A DNA stretch of 64,000 nt, from positions 1-64,000 of the IMG/VR virus record IMGVR_UViG_3300010883_021048; one strand, written 5' to 3'. Origin of the DNA: a virus. The position numbers and the translations under genes were made by a program. Shown here one piece after another: positions 40,277 to 49,364 of the stretch. Under the pieces are notes generated by a model. The model was not told the DNA's origin and searched no databases. It saw only the letters and a program-made list of their open reading frames with translations. Position 1 is the first letter of the stretch; every line of letters begins with the position of its first letter.

Positions 40277-42204
40277 TTTTCGTTTATGTCCCTGAATGCT
40301 TTTGGATGATTAGTGTTAATTGTTATATGCGGAACGCTACATGAGAAATCTACTTTTTCATGAAACACCCAGCCACCGAGTTCAGAACTAAGACGAGAGC
40401 TTAAAGCATCTATATCTTCATCCGTAACTTCAGACCATGGCTTATCAAACATCACGTTGTTTTCAGAAGTATCTTCAGTGTCATGTCGATATTGACTTTT
40501 CCAAAAAGACGCCCAATGTAGTTTGTACTGCTTTATTTTTCTAGATATATCGTACCAGGAATAGTGGTGGACTGAAGGTAACTGATCTATAGCTCTTTGA
40601 AACCAATCTTGGTATGCTAGCACAGCGTTATTATTTCCTGACAACCCGGCAGCACGAATATTGTGAGCTTGTTCGTTATAAAATCCTATGTGGGGAATTC
40701 TTTCTTTTGTTTCTGTATGGATGTAATCACATGTGTCAGTGCCTAAAGCAGCGAATATATTCCCTTCATCATCGAAACGCTGTAGCTCATTCGGAATTCC
40801 TTGTGTAATGAAATCTAGATTTCGACTTAGTCTCCATTTCCACGGGTTAACATCCATTCTTATTTTTTCATCGCCTCCCCAATATTCAATAACGGGTAAC
40901 GATACAACATCACAGTGTACAGGAAATGCCCTGAGTAGCTGATGTACTTTTTCATAGTCGTTTTCGTGCACTACTTCATCAGCGTCCATTTGCCAACAAA
41001 AATCGCTGGTGCAATAACTTCTGGCAGTAGCCTTTAGTTTTCCATCTGACTCGTAGGCAAAAGAAGGGTGATCGTTTAAAACAGGGTGCTGATATACTTT
41101 AAGCCTTCCGTCACCTTGAGCAGCAGACATTGCTTTTAATTCTTCCCATGTATCATCATCAGATCCACCATCCACCACTACAACTTCGTGACAGAAGCCA
41201 AGCATAGAAGTAACGGTCGCTTGCCACGGGTAGTTCATTCTGTTAGCATTTCTTACTGTCGTGTAACCGCTGACTGTTGATACATGATTTGATATGGATT
41301 TGATTGCTCTCCAGAATCGTTCTCGAGATGCGTATAAATACGACATCATATCGATATGTACTCCAGTGAACCACTCTTCCTTTGCATGCTGTACATCATC
41401 ATTAAGAATTAATTTGCAGCCTAATGCTTTTGCTTCTATAACCATCCTGGGACATGTGTCACCACCGCGTGGCATATACACGAAACCTTCAGATGTAGAA
41501 AGCTTTTGTAGCAGCTCATCATATGGAAGACCCCAGACGACTTCGTAGTCTAGATTGTTTTTCTTACAATAGTCTTCTGCATCTTCGAATCCTTTGATCC
41601 AAGATTCTGAGCCTAATACGATCCAGCCTTTTTTATCATCTTTATTCAAAGAATCTTTTACTGAATTCACATAGAGAAAAAAGCTTTCGTCGAATACGCT
41701 GCTTAGTACTACTGAGTCATTTTTTTCCAAAAATGGAAACCGTTCAAGATATCTTTTTTCTTGACTTTCACTCATCCACCAGAGACTCTTTGCTCCATGA
41801 AAGAACGCTGATATCATCTTACCATGAATTGACTCATGACAGTCACAGTCTTTCCCTGTTTCATTCCTGTGTTTCTCAATGCTTCTATATGCGCAGAATT
41901 TATAATCACATTCTACAATGGAATATGATAAGTTCCCTATTATGCTGGGAATTAGGTTTGGTCTCATTGTAGAAAAATTACAAAATACCCAATGCTTATC
42001 CGATCCAGCCTTAAGAAGATTCATGCTGATATCTTTAGATTTAATTTTTTGTACTACGATATCATTGGCCGAGGTTATCAAAGCTTCAGCTGTAAGTTCA
42101 GCTCCACCAACATAATCTTCCACGAACATATCTGAAACGAATATAACATCAGCGTTAGTGTCAATAGACAATGTACCGGCTGTATTGAAAGGACTGTTAA
42201 ACAT
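40273..42204 (-). CDS. Bifunctional glycosyltransferase (N-terminal GT4-like domain fused to a GT2 domain)
   Basis: GGAELT...KGFEDA...DTCPRMVIEAKALGC (GT-B), then VVVDGGSDDDT...QMDADE (GT-A). Confidence 0.8.
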   Translation of the reverse strand: MFNSPFNTAGTLSIDTNADVIFVSDMFVEDYVGGAELTAEALITSANDIVVQKIKSKDISMNLLKAGSDKHWVFCNFSTMRPNLIPSIIGNLSYSIVECDYKFCAYRSIEKHRNETGKDCDCHESIHGKMISAFFHGAKSLWWMSESQEKRYLERFPFLEKNDSVVLSSVFDESFFLYVNSVKDSLNKDDKKGWIVLGSESWIKGFEDAEDYCKKNNLDYEVVWGLPYDELLQKLSTSEGFVYMPRGGDTCPRMVIEAKALGCKLILNDDVQHAKEEWFTGVHIDMMSYLYASRERFWRAIKSISNHVSTVSGYTTVRNANRMNYPWQATVTSMLGFCHEVVVVDGGSDDDTWEELKAMSAAQGDGRLKVYQHPVLNDHPSFAYESDGKLKATARSYCTSDFCWQMDADEVVHENDYEKVHQLLRAFPVHCDVVSLPVIEYWGGDEKIRMDVNPWKWRLSRNLDFITQGIPNELQRFDDEGNIFAALGTDTCDYIHTETKERIPHIGFYNEQAHNIRAAGLSGNNNAVLAYQDWFQRAIDQLPSVHHYSWYDISRKIKQYKLHWASFWKSQYRHDTEDTSENNVMFDKPWSEVTDEDIDALSSRLSSELGGWVFHEKVDFSCSVPHITINTNHPKAFRDINEK

Positions 42205-42328
42205 ATGGCTTTACCTCACTCTAAACTATATTAGAGAGTATTCAGGTATTGTTTACGTCAACTTTTTTTGATTATTTTCTTGTACAAAGCTCGGATCGTC
42301 AGCTATTATATTCTGTATTCAGTATCCC

Positions 42329-42410
42329 AGTAATCAGTTAATCAGTTATCTAATATACAGTTAATCTATAATCTATAATCTATAATACAGTTAATCTATA
42401 ATCTATCTAG
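42329..42410. repeat. AT-rich tandem repeats (TAATCAGT x2; TAATCTA x3 + x2; 21-mer TACAGTTAATCTATAATCTAT x2)
   Basis: Read directly: TAATCTA at 42362-42382 (x3) and 42392-42405 (x2); 21-mer at 42356-42376 and 42386-42406; located in the largest intergenic gap (42205-42418). Confidence 0.85.
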
Positions 42411-42418
42411 TACTATTA

Positions 42419-45400
42419 TCATACATAATATCCACTTAACTTAACGCTGTAACTAAGATATCCAGCAGTTGCGTAACCGTTGGTCTGGGTAGCATCACCT
42501 GTTTGTGCATATTCATAAAATATACTGGAAGAACTATCATAGATAACTTTATATCCCATATAGATTTTGCTACCAGTTGTTAATGTAACAGCCATGGCGC
42601 CTACACTACTCAGGTCGACATAATAAGATGTGCCTGGTTCTAAAGCGGCAATTTCCACACCAGCTTGATGATCTAGCATTTTATTTCCGCCATCGGCAAG
42701 AAGAGAGTCGCTTATATAGCTGGTGCCGGCATCGGCATTAGTGATATAAGACTCGGTAGGCCCTACTTTAGCGATGCTTATTAAGACATCTGCTGCCGCT
42801 GTAGCGGCGGCGTTGTTGGGTCTTAGTTTATGTTCACCATGACATGAAACCGTCATTCCAGTAATCACAAGGTTTGCCGGGCATGCCCATCCCATGCTAT
42901 TATACTGCTCAAATCTTTCAGTCGTAGAAGCGGGCTGCCATTTATAGGTACCGCTGGTGGAACCGTTCAACGTCGTGGATTGGTTTCTAACTTCGAATCC
43001 TTTGATATTATTCCAGTATGACACGTTCTTGTCACCAGTGGCTCCTAAGTTAGAAAATAAGTATCTACGAGCAGCGCCAGCACCGGTGCCATTAGTAATT
43101 TGGTTCGAGGAGTTGTTGACTAGTATATTTAATCTGTACTCATCTGTAGTAAATTTTTGTAATCTCTCTTTTGCAGCTGTAGTATATAACTGCACATCTT
43201 TCAACTTAGCGACGGCTGACTGAGCGTCAAGCTCTGGAGTATTATCAAGATTAAAAGTAAATCTGGTTATGAGACCATCATCCATTGTGATTGTATCGCC
43301 ATCCGCGGATAGAATAATATCACCAGCCGCGTCCAGCGTTATATTTGTGGTTTTTGATTTAACAAAATCTGTTGATAATTTACCACCGACTATAACATCA
43401 CCTACGGAATCCACTGTGGTAATCGCTATAGTACCATCAAGTGACTTAATAACGTTATCACCTAATGTAAGCTCTCCGTCTATCTTCGTATTTCCTGAGC
43501 CGTCAAAAGTGATCCCACTCGTCGCACCAGCATCTTTTATGTTATTACCAGCGACTGTAAGGTCACCCTCTATCTTCGTGTTCGCTGAGCCGTCAAAAGT
43601 GATTGTGTTAGCCGCGCCAGAATCTTTTATGTTGTTTCCGACAACGGTAATGTCACCACCAACCCGTATATCATCGCTAAACATTACCATGGTTGGAGAA
43701 ATTATCATCTTAACTGTTGGAGCTGCTGCGGCCGGAGCTCTAACAAAGAATGACATAGAAGAAGGAGATTTTGCTGTACCAGTATGATTAGCTGTGGCGT
43801 TCGCTTCTATATATGCTCCAACACGCTCTGACTCCGCAGTAAGCTGTGAGTCACTGCTCCACCATTGTATTCTACCCAGCGAATCGCCTAGTACTATAGC
43901 TGGACTTGAATGAGTATTAGAACCCCAGGTTACAAGATTTAAAGTAGGAGGGTTCCACAAACCGCCGGGCTTATTAGCCACCAGAGTCAAAGAGCCTGAC
44001 GGCATCTTTGTGCCTATAAGGTACTCACTGTTATCAACTTTTGGCCAACCAGCACCAGCCCCGGGTGTTGAACCAGATAGCATAATAATAGCGCCTTGGC
44101 CATCTATTCTGACTCTAGGTCTGGTAGAATTATCGTTGCCACTTTCATCATACATTCTAAAAGACATGTGTCCAGTACCAGTCGACTGCTTTTTAGACAC
44201 TGTGATATTAGCAGTATGCTTGTTAGGAGTAAATGCACTAGATATGTCAAAAGCTAATTGTGAATATACAGTACTTCCGCCGGCAGCAGAATTACCAAGT
44301 AGTAAATTCGCCTTCGTCAAATTTGATGTAAGCTGATCTGTCGTAGCATTCGTATGCTCAATATGAAAGCTGCCAGTTGGGTCCTGTGACCTGGGCAGAT
44401 TCGATGTCGGCCAGGTAGCGCCGCCACCTACACCGATTGATGTCGATGCTCCGGCTGAGTTGAATGTCATTGCCACCGTATTATCTTGGATCACACTACT
44501 ACCGACAGCCGCGCCTGTGATTCTAAGTGGCTTTGTCCCATGAGGTGAAACACCCATATGCCAACCGCCCGTGTTTTGAACACCAGTGTTTGACTTAAAG
44601 TCGAGCGTGAGTATTGGAGCGTTATCAGTTACAACAGTATCATGCCGTGAACGTAACATTACCCAAGAATTACGATTGGCTTCCGATGCGCTTACAACTA
44701 AAGACGCCGCCGGGTCATATGCATCTGTTCCAAAGCCACCACCACCGACTCTTACAGAGCGCATGTTAGCGTCAATCATTATCGCGCCATTTTCCTGTGC
44801 TGTTGAATTCTTTCGTATAGAAAAGTCAGCCGCGGAATTGGGACTAACAAATATACCAGGCTTATTTGTTACTGCTCCTCCACCATAATTAAATAAGATT
44901 GATGTAGTATTACCAGCGCCGTTTGCATCTAATTCAATGCCTACTCCGCCAGTATCGGAAGACACTCTAAGCGGGTATCCAATTTGATCGGCAAGATTAC
45001 CGTCAGTGGATGGACCAATTTGCACACCGTTTGGTGAATATAGTCTATTACCTGTAAACACATCACCTGTAAATTCTGCTCTGCCATTGGCACCAGATAA
45101 AACAAGGAATGCCCCCGCGGCCAATTGGTCAACGCCGGATGCGTTTGATTGGACCCTAAACTTTAAGTCTGTCCCTTGCTGATAACTACTAGTCCAATCT
45201 TGCGCAGCTACAGCTGTTATCATCGCTCCTGTATGAGGTGCCCCGGTTGCAGGACCCATTCCAGACCATATAATATCACCTATAGGATCGTGTGTCTGTA
45301 TACTGGTATCATTTCTGGTTAGCTGAAACGAACTAGATCCATCCGCTTGATTTGCCTGTATTGAACCGGTGATGTTAAATCCACCAAGGTGCTCAATAGA

Positions 45401-45454
45401 GCCTGTAATGCTAGCCCCGTGAGATGAGCTTAGTAATCTTGTAAATACTGACAT
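42419..45454 (-). CDS. Tail fibre/receptor-binding protein (1011 aa)
   Basis: G/S/T/N-rich beta-repeat composition; repeated G.I.W/F...GA.I.A.A modules; 30-aa GD.TV.GNNIKD repeats. Confidence 0.7.
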   Translation of the reverse strand: MSVFTRLLSSSHGASITGSIEHLGGFNITGSIQANQADGSSSFQLTRNDTSIQTHDPIGDIIWSGMGPATGAPHTGAMITAVAAQDWTSSYQQGTDLKFRVQSNASGVDQLAAGAFLVLSGANGRAEFTGDVFTGNRLYSPNGVQIGPSTDGNLADQIGYPLRVSSDTGGVGIELDANGAGNTTSILFNYGGGAVTNKPGIFVSPNSAADFSIRKNSTAQENGAIMIDANMRSVRVGGGGFGTDAYDPAASLVVSASEANRNSWVMLRSRHDTVVTDNAPILTLDFKSNTGVQNTGGWHMGVSPHGTKPLRITGAAVGSSVIQDNTVAMTFNSAGASTSIGVGGGATWPTSNLPRSQDPTGSFHIEHTNATTDQLTSNLTKANLLLGNSAAGGSTVYSQLAFDISSAFTPNKHTANITVSKKQSTGTGHMSFRMYDESGNDNSTRPRVRIDGQGAIIMLSGSTPGAGAGWPKVDNSEYLIGTKMPSGSLTLVANKPGGLWNPPTLNLVTWGSNTHSSPAIVLGDSLGRIQWWSSDSQLTAESERVGAYIEANATANHTGTAKSPSSMSFFVRAPAAAAPTVKMIISPTMVMFSDDIRVGGDITVVGNNIKDSGAANTITFDGSANTKIEGDLTVAGNNIKDAGATSGITFDGSGNTKIDGELTLGDNVIKSLDGTIAITTVDSVGDVIVGGKLSTDFVKSKTTNITLDAAGDIILSADGDTITMDDGLITRFTFNLDNTPELDAQSAVAKLKDVQLYTTAAKERLQKFTTDEYRLNILVNNSSNQITNGTGAGAARRYLFSNLGATGDKNVSYWNNIKGFEVRNQSTTLNGSTSGTYKWQPASTTERFEQYNSMGWACPANLVITGMTVSCHGEHKLRPNNAAATAAADVLISIAKVGPTESYITNADAGTSYISDSLLADGGNKMLDHQAGVEIAALEPGTSYYVDLSSVGAMAVTLTTGSKIYMGYKVIYDSSSSIFYEYAQTGDATQTNGYATAGYLSYSVKLSGYYV
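43440..43660 (-). repeat. Intragenic 90-bp (30-aa) direct repeats
   Basis: tatcttcgt..t.c.ctgagccgtcaaaagtgat at 43481-43513 and 43571-43603; protein GDITVVGNNIKDSGAANTITFDGSANTKIE / GDLTVAGNNIKDAGATSGITFDGSGNTKID / GELTLGDNVIKS. Confidence 0.85.
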
Positions 45455-48400
45455 TAATCTTGATCCTCCAAAGGAGTTAGTCCCATTTTGTATTTTTTAC
45501 CGGTCAAATTATTAACAACAACCAACATATCTGGTTCCTCATATATAGTCCAATTACCACGATCATTTCTTAGATGAAGGTCGCCGGTATAGACATTGGC
45601 CCACCGGAAACTAGGCGACCCTAAATCGTAAGTATTATCAGCACCCGGGTATATGCTTCCTGTAACTTCCATTCTACCGCTGGTGGTACTGACAACAACA
45701 GATCCACCAGAACTGTTATTATGCAACCTTAATTTCTTAACCGAGTCTTCTGTAAGGCCGTAGATATATCTGGAATCATCTTGAAATCTTAGCTGATTGT
45801 TATTCTCAAATCTTGCGTTTGTACCAGAGCTGCCGGCCGCGAGTCTAAACACCTCTCCAGCAGAATTATGAAATCCTAAAGTGACGTCACTCACCATTTT
45901 TATTCTACTAGCACCTGAGCTTACAGATCCGGTGACAAAATCTAGACTACCACTTAGACCTAATACAACTTTATTATTTGTGGTACCCTTTATCTGAACA
46001 GGCGGAAACTGACCATCATAAGTGTTTATTATCGCGCCGGCGCCTGGGCTTAGAGTGCCGTATGCTGATCCTTGAGGCCCAGTGCTATAAGCATGATTCA
46101 AGCTCGATAAGTAAAAGGGCATTTCAGCTCTAAGCGTACCTGATACGTGAACATCCCCGCCGAATAGCGCTGTGGCTCTGGTTACCGGGCTTGAGCCGTC
46201 AGATCCAAGTGCACCACTGACGAAAAAGTATACATCATCTCCAATTGCAGTTGTATGACGTGGTGGTCCAGATGAAAGTATTCCAGTATCAAAAGAGAAT
46301 GAACCAGACGTCTTAACATATGAAGGCTCTCCTCCGCTTACGCTGAAGACCTCGGTGTTATCCGTAACAGATAGTGAGTTTAGATCAGTTAGTGTAACAG
46401 GTCCCGTATTATTGTCTTGGAACTTTAGATTATTCCCGTCTCTAAAAGCTCTAGTCGTCGAGTCGCTAAAGTGTATGTATGCCGTGGAAGAAGCAAGAGT
46501 TAAGTTATCTAAGTTTAGCACTCCGATGTCAGCAGTTCCGTTAATCTTTGTATTACCAGAAACTACCAGATCTCCTGCAACTAGAGTAACACCTCTAGTG
46601 TTCGTACCTCTAGAGCTAACGGATCCGCTTAATAGTGTTCGTACATCCCGGTGACGGGTCATAGAAAATAAGCTGTTCATCTGTGTAGCATTAGCGGCAG
46701 CCCCAAGGACTATAAATCCTTCCCTGCTTGTGCCGGCGCCGTATTCAGCGGAAGAAGATAACAGTATTGTAGGTCCACCAACAGCCTCGTTAGAAGAAGC
46801 ACTCATCATTAACAACGAAGTTGCAGGGCTCCCCGCCGCTCCCGGAACACCAGGATCGGAACCAACTTTTACACTAGCACCGCCCATGAAGAATGTGATG
46901 TCTCTATTGTCAGCTACCCCTGCAGCTGTTTTACCGTACACATAGCTTTTGCTGTTTTTAGGGAAGTACACCACTCCTTGACTACCATCACTACGACCAA
47001 CATTTAGCAATCCACCAAACCCGCCAACTGGACCTGTGATATCAACACCATTTGTATCATGTCCAGCGACTGTGTGGTTACCTAAAAATAACTTTTTATC
47101 TTGATCAATGTGAACGCCAGTGTTAACTTTAAACCTTAACGCTTCCGTTGTTATTAGTTTTATATCACCGTCGTTATTAGACATAGACATATGTGTAAGT
47201 GAACCAACTACAGATGCAGTGATTATTAGGTCAGCGCCCAAGCTCGGCAAAGAAAAACCGGCAGCTTCGATAACTACCGGCTCTGAATCAGCCAATGTAG
47301 TAACTACACCATCATTAACATCTTTTCTACCCGCGCGCCAGGAATTATTAACGCTTCCTCTACCGAACGTAAGGGCCTGTGGAGCCACGCTAGACCCTGA
47401 TGCGATAGCTATGCCACCATTACTATTGGTAGTAGTAGAACCTGACCCCATGAGGATCACAGGGTCTTCTACGCGTAAGTTCTCTACCCCTATTGAAACA
47501 GTGGAGCCAGAAACGTTTAAATCTCCTACAATGGTAACGTTTTTATTGAATGTGGCATCACCGGAACCGCTTAGGTAAATAACTGTGGCATTGCTTGCAT
47601 CTTTTATTTCATTACCATTAATTGTTAGATCGCCTGCAAGGGCAGTGTTTTGACTTCCGTCAAAGGTGATTGCTGCAGCGAGCCCAGAGTCGAATATATC
47701 ATTTCCGTTGACCAGCAAGTCTCCGATAACTGTGACTGCCCCGGAACTACCTAAAGTAAGGCACGCTCCACTTGCTCCCTTAATATCATTTCCTTTGACA
47801 GTTAAGTCACCTTCTACTGTAGTATCAACACCCGTAAAACTAAGCGCCAGTCCGGCAGATCCAGTAATACCATTGCTGGTTAGTGTAAAGTTTTTACCAA
47901 CAGATAAGTTACCACCTACATCTAAATCACCAGGAATCGTAAATGTTGACTCCGGTTCAATGCTTAGGTTACCAGATATGTGCAAATCACCGTCAAATAA
48001 TGCTAACCCTCGGTCATTTGAGCCCTTGACTCCTCTTGATCCCGAAACGTGAAAAAAGACATCACGATTAATAGCATTACCATATGTGAAGGTGTTGGAG
48101 GCACCTGCTACATGTTTAAAAGATATAGTGCCTGTACCGTTGGAACCGAGTGTCGGGGTGGTGGGATCAGCAAGAAATAACGCTTTTCCTGTGGTGGGGT
48201 TATTAGTAAATCCCTGGATTAGTTTGTTAGGTACCCTAAGATCTCCAAGGACTGTGTCATCAACTTCTACAACACTTCTTTCAGCCCAAAGCGTTCCGCT
48301 TACGACAACGTCACCCATAAATAGAACTGAGCTGCCATCGGTTCGCCCAGTTCCGTCAATGGCAGACATATTTCTAGAACCAGATACCGCCATCCAGATA

Positions 48401-48564
48401 TCGGTACCGACGTTAGTCAGAGATACCGAATTTCCTCCACCATAGTTTGTCGCTCTAGACCCACTGTAGAAAAGTAGCCCTAAGGTTGGTTTATCCCAAG
48501 CTGTAGAACCAGAACCAACAATAGTATGTGTTCTTAGTCTGTCTGCTCTAAAATCTTTTGCCAT
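45454..48564 (-). CDS. Tail fibre protein (1036 aa)
   Basis: Repeated GD.(V/L).(V/I)SG motifs; C-terminal DNTYDLGSPSFRWANVYTGDLHL...WTIYEE...NNLTGKKYK typical of fibre C-termini in marine myoviruses. Confidence 0.75.
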   Translation of the reverse strand: MAKDFRADRLRTHTIVGSGSTAWDKPTLGLLFYSGSRATNYGGGNSVSLTNVGTDIWMAVSGSRNMSAIDGTGRTDGSSVLFMGDVVVSGTLWAERSVVEVDDTVLGDLRVPNKLIQGFTNNPTTGKALFLADPTTPTLGSNGTGTISFKHVAGASNTFTYGNAINRDVFFHVSGSRGVKGSNDRGLALFDGDLHISGNLSIEPESTFTIPGDLDVGGNLSVGKNFTLTSNGITGSAGLALSFTGVDTTVEGDLTVKGNDIKGASGACLTLGSSGAVTVIGDLLVNGNDIFDSGLAAAITFDGSQNTALAGDLTINGNEIKDASNATVIYLSGSGDATFNKNVTIVGDLNVSGSTVSIGVENLRVEDPVILMGSGSTTTNSNGGIAIASGSSVAPQALTFGRGSVNNSWRAGRKDVNDGVVTTLADSEPVVIEAAGFSLPSLGADLIITASVVGSLTHMSMSNNDGDIKLITTEALRFKVNTGVHIDQDKKLFLGNHTVAGHDTNGVDITGPVGGFGGLLNVGRSDGSQGVVYFPKNSKSYVYGKTAAGVADNRDITFFMGGASVKVGSDPGVPGAAGSPATSLLMMSASSNEAVGGPTILLSSSAEYGAGTSREGFIVLGAAANATQMNSLFSMTRHRDVRTLLSGSVSSRGTNTRGVTLVAGDLVVSGNTKINGTADIGVLNLDNLTLASSTAYIHFSDSTTRAFRDGNNLKFQDNNTGPVTLTDLNSLSVTDNTEVFSVSGGEPSYVKTSGSFSFDTGILSSGPPRHTTAIGDDVYFFVSGALGSDGSSPVTRATALFGGDVHVSGTLRAEMPFYLSSLNHAYSTGPQGSAYGTLSPGAGAIINTYDGQFPPVQIKGTTNNKVVLGLSGSLDFVTGSVSSGASRIKMVSDVTLGFHNSAGEVFRLAAGSSGTNARFENNNQLRFQDDSRYIYGLTEDSVKKLRLHNNSSGGSVVVSTTSGRMEVTGSIYPGADNTYDLGSPSFRWANVYTGDLHLRNDRGNWTIYEEPDMLVVVNNLTGKKYKMGLTPLEDQD

Positions 48565-48613
48565 CTCTAAATCTCCATGATTCTTATAACTTTATCATCT
48601 GTGGCCAGCCGTG

Positions 48614-48973
48614 TTATGGCGACTCAGAAAGCGAGCCGCCACTGTATGTTATCGCTTCGACAGCCGGTGACACTGTTTCACCAATCTCTTTTATAGGTTT
48701 AACTGCGATAATTTTCCAAAAGAAGCTTTGCGATTCTGAACCTAAGTCTCCAGTGCCTGGTACACCGATACTTCTTAATATTTTAAACTTCCACCGATAC
48801 GTATCATGCTCTAGTGTGGTTATAGTAGCGTTAACATTCGCATATTCGCCGAAAGGTGTAACTACTATGACAGGATAAAATGAAGGGTCAGTTATTCCTG
48901 TGTTAATAGAATATGATGCGTACATACCCGCAGCGATTGTCTCTGTACCGGTGGCTAGAATTAATTCCGACAT
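48614..48973 (-). CDS. Small beta-rich hypothetical protein, probably fibre-associated
   Basis: In the operon upstream of the fibre genes; YPVIVVTP...NVNATIT resembles the neighbouring 116 aa protein. Confidence 0.55.
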   Translation of the reverse strand: MSELILATGTETIAAGMYASYSINTGITDPSFYPVIVVTPFGEYANVNATITTLEHDTYRWKFKILRSIGVPGTGDLGSESQSFFWKIIAVKPIKEIGETVSPAVEAITYSGGSLSESP

Positions 48974-48974
48974 C

Positions 48975-49325
48975 TTAAACCTGCATTGCCTGTAAGTGAA
49001 TAATGCCAGTTATGGCAGCCGTGGTCTCTACTATAACAGTGACAGTTTTGCCGCCGCCGGTAGGCACTGAGCTCAGCACAGCTGAACTTATCCATACATT
49101 AACATTGTTTATATCACCTAAAGGAGTTAGCGATATCGAAGGCAGCGATGAATATCTTCCTTCTAGAACGAATGTCTTACTACTTTCGTTAGCAAAGTTT
49201 ACTCTTAAAGCTTCAAGAACAACTTCGCCATCGGATTTAATTCCCATGTTCGGCTGTGGTCTGAATCTTGGATAGACTTTTCTAAATCGATTCCTGTCAT
49301 AGCTCTTCGTCTTTGTTGATCCCAT
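48975..49325 (-). CDS. Small hypothetical protein, probably fibre-associated
   Basis: GAGGT RBS and ATATTTA motif upstream; YSSLPSISLTP...NVNVWIS. Confidence 0.6.
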   Translation of the reverse strand: MGSTKTKSYDRNRFRKVYPRFRPQPNMGIKSDGEVVLEALRVNFANESSKTFVLEGRYSSLPSISLTPLGDINNVNVWISSAVLSSVPTGGGKTVTVIVETTAAITGIIHLQAMQV

Positions 49326-49364
49326 ATTAACACCTCTTGTTTAAATATGGAGAACAAAAGTGTT

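Noticed and set aside
18982-42204. Bacterial O-antigen/capsule locus (host chromosome or prophage flank)
   Set aside because: No wzx/wzy/wzm/wzt, chain-length regulator or undecaprenyl-phosphate priming transferase is present, and the genes are coupled to phage structural and sigma genes.
18982-42204. DNA hypermodification (glycosylated bases) as the purpose of the island
   Set aside because: No hydroxymethylase, thymidylate-synthase-like or base-modifying genes are in the window, and GT6/GT11/GT7/GT90 are glycan- or protein-acting families. Not excluded for individual GT4/GT2 genes.
42329-42410. Possible mini-CRISPR array, given the Cas4-like gene
   Set aside because: Units are 7-21 nt, tandem or separated by only 9 nt, with no unique ~30-nt spacers.
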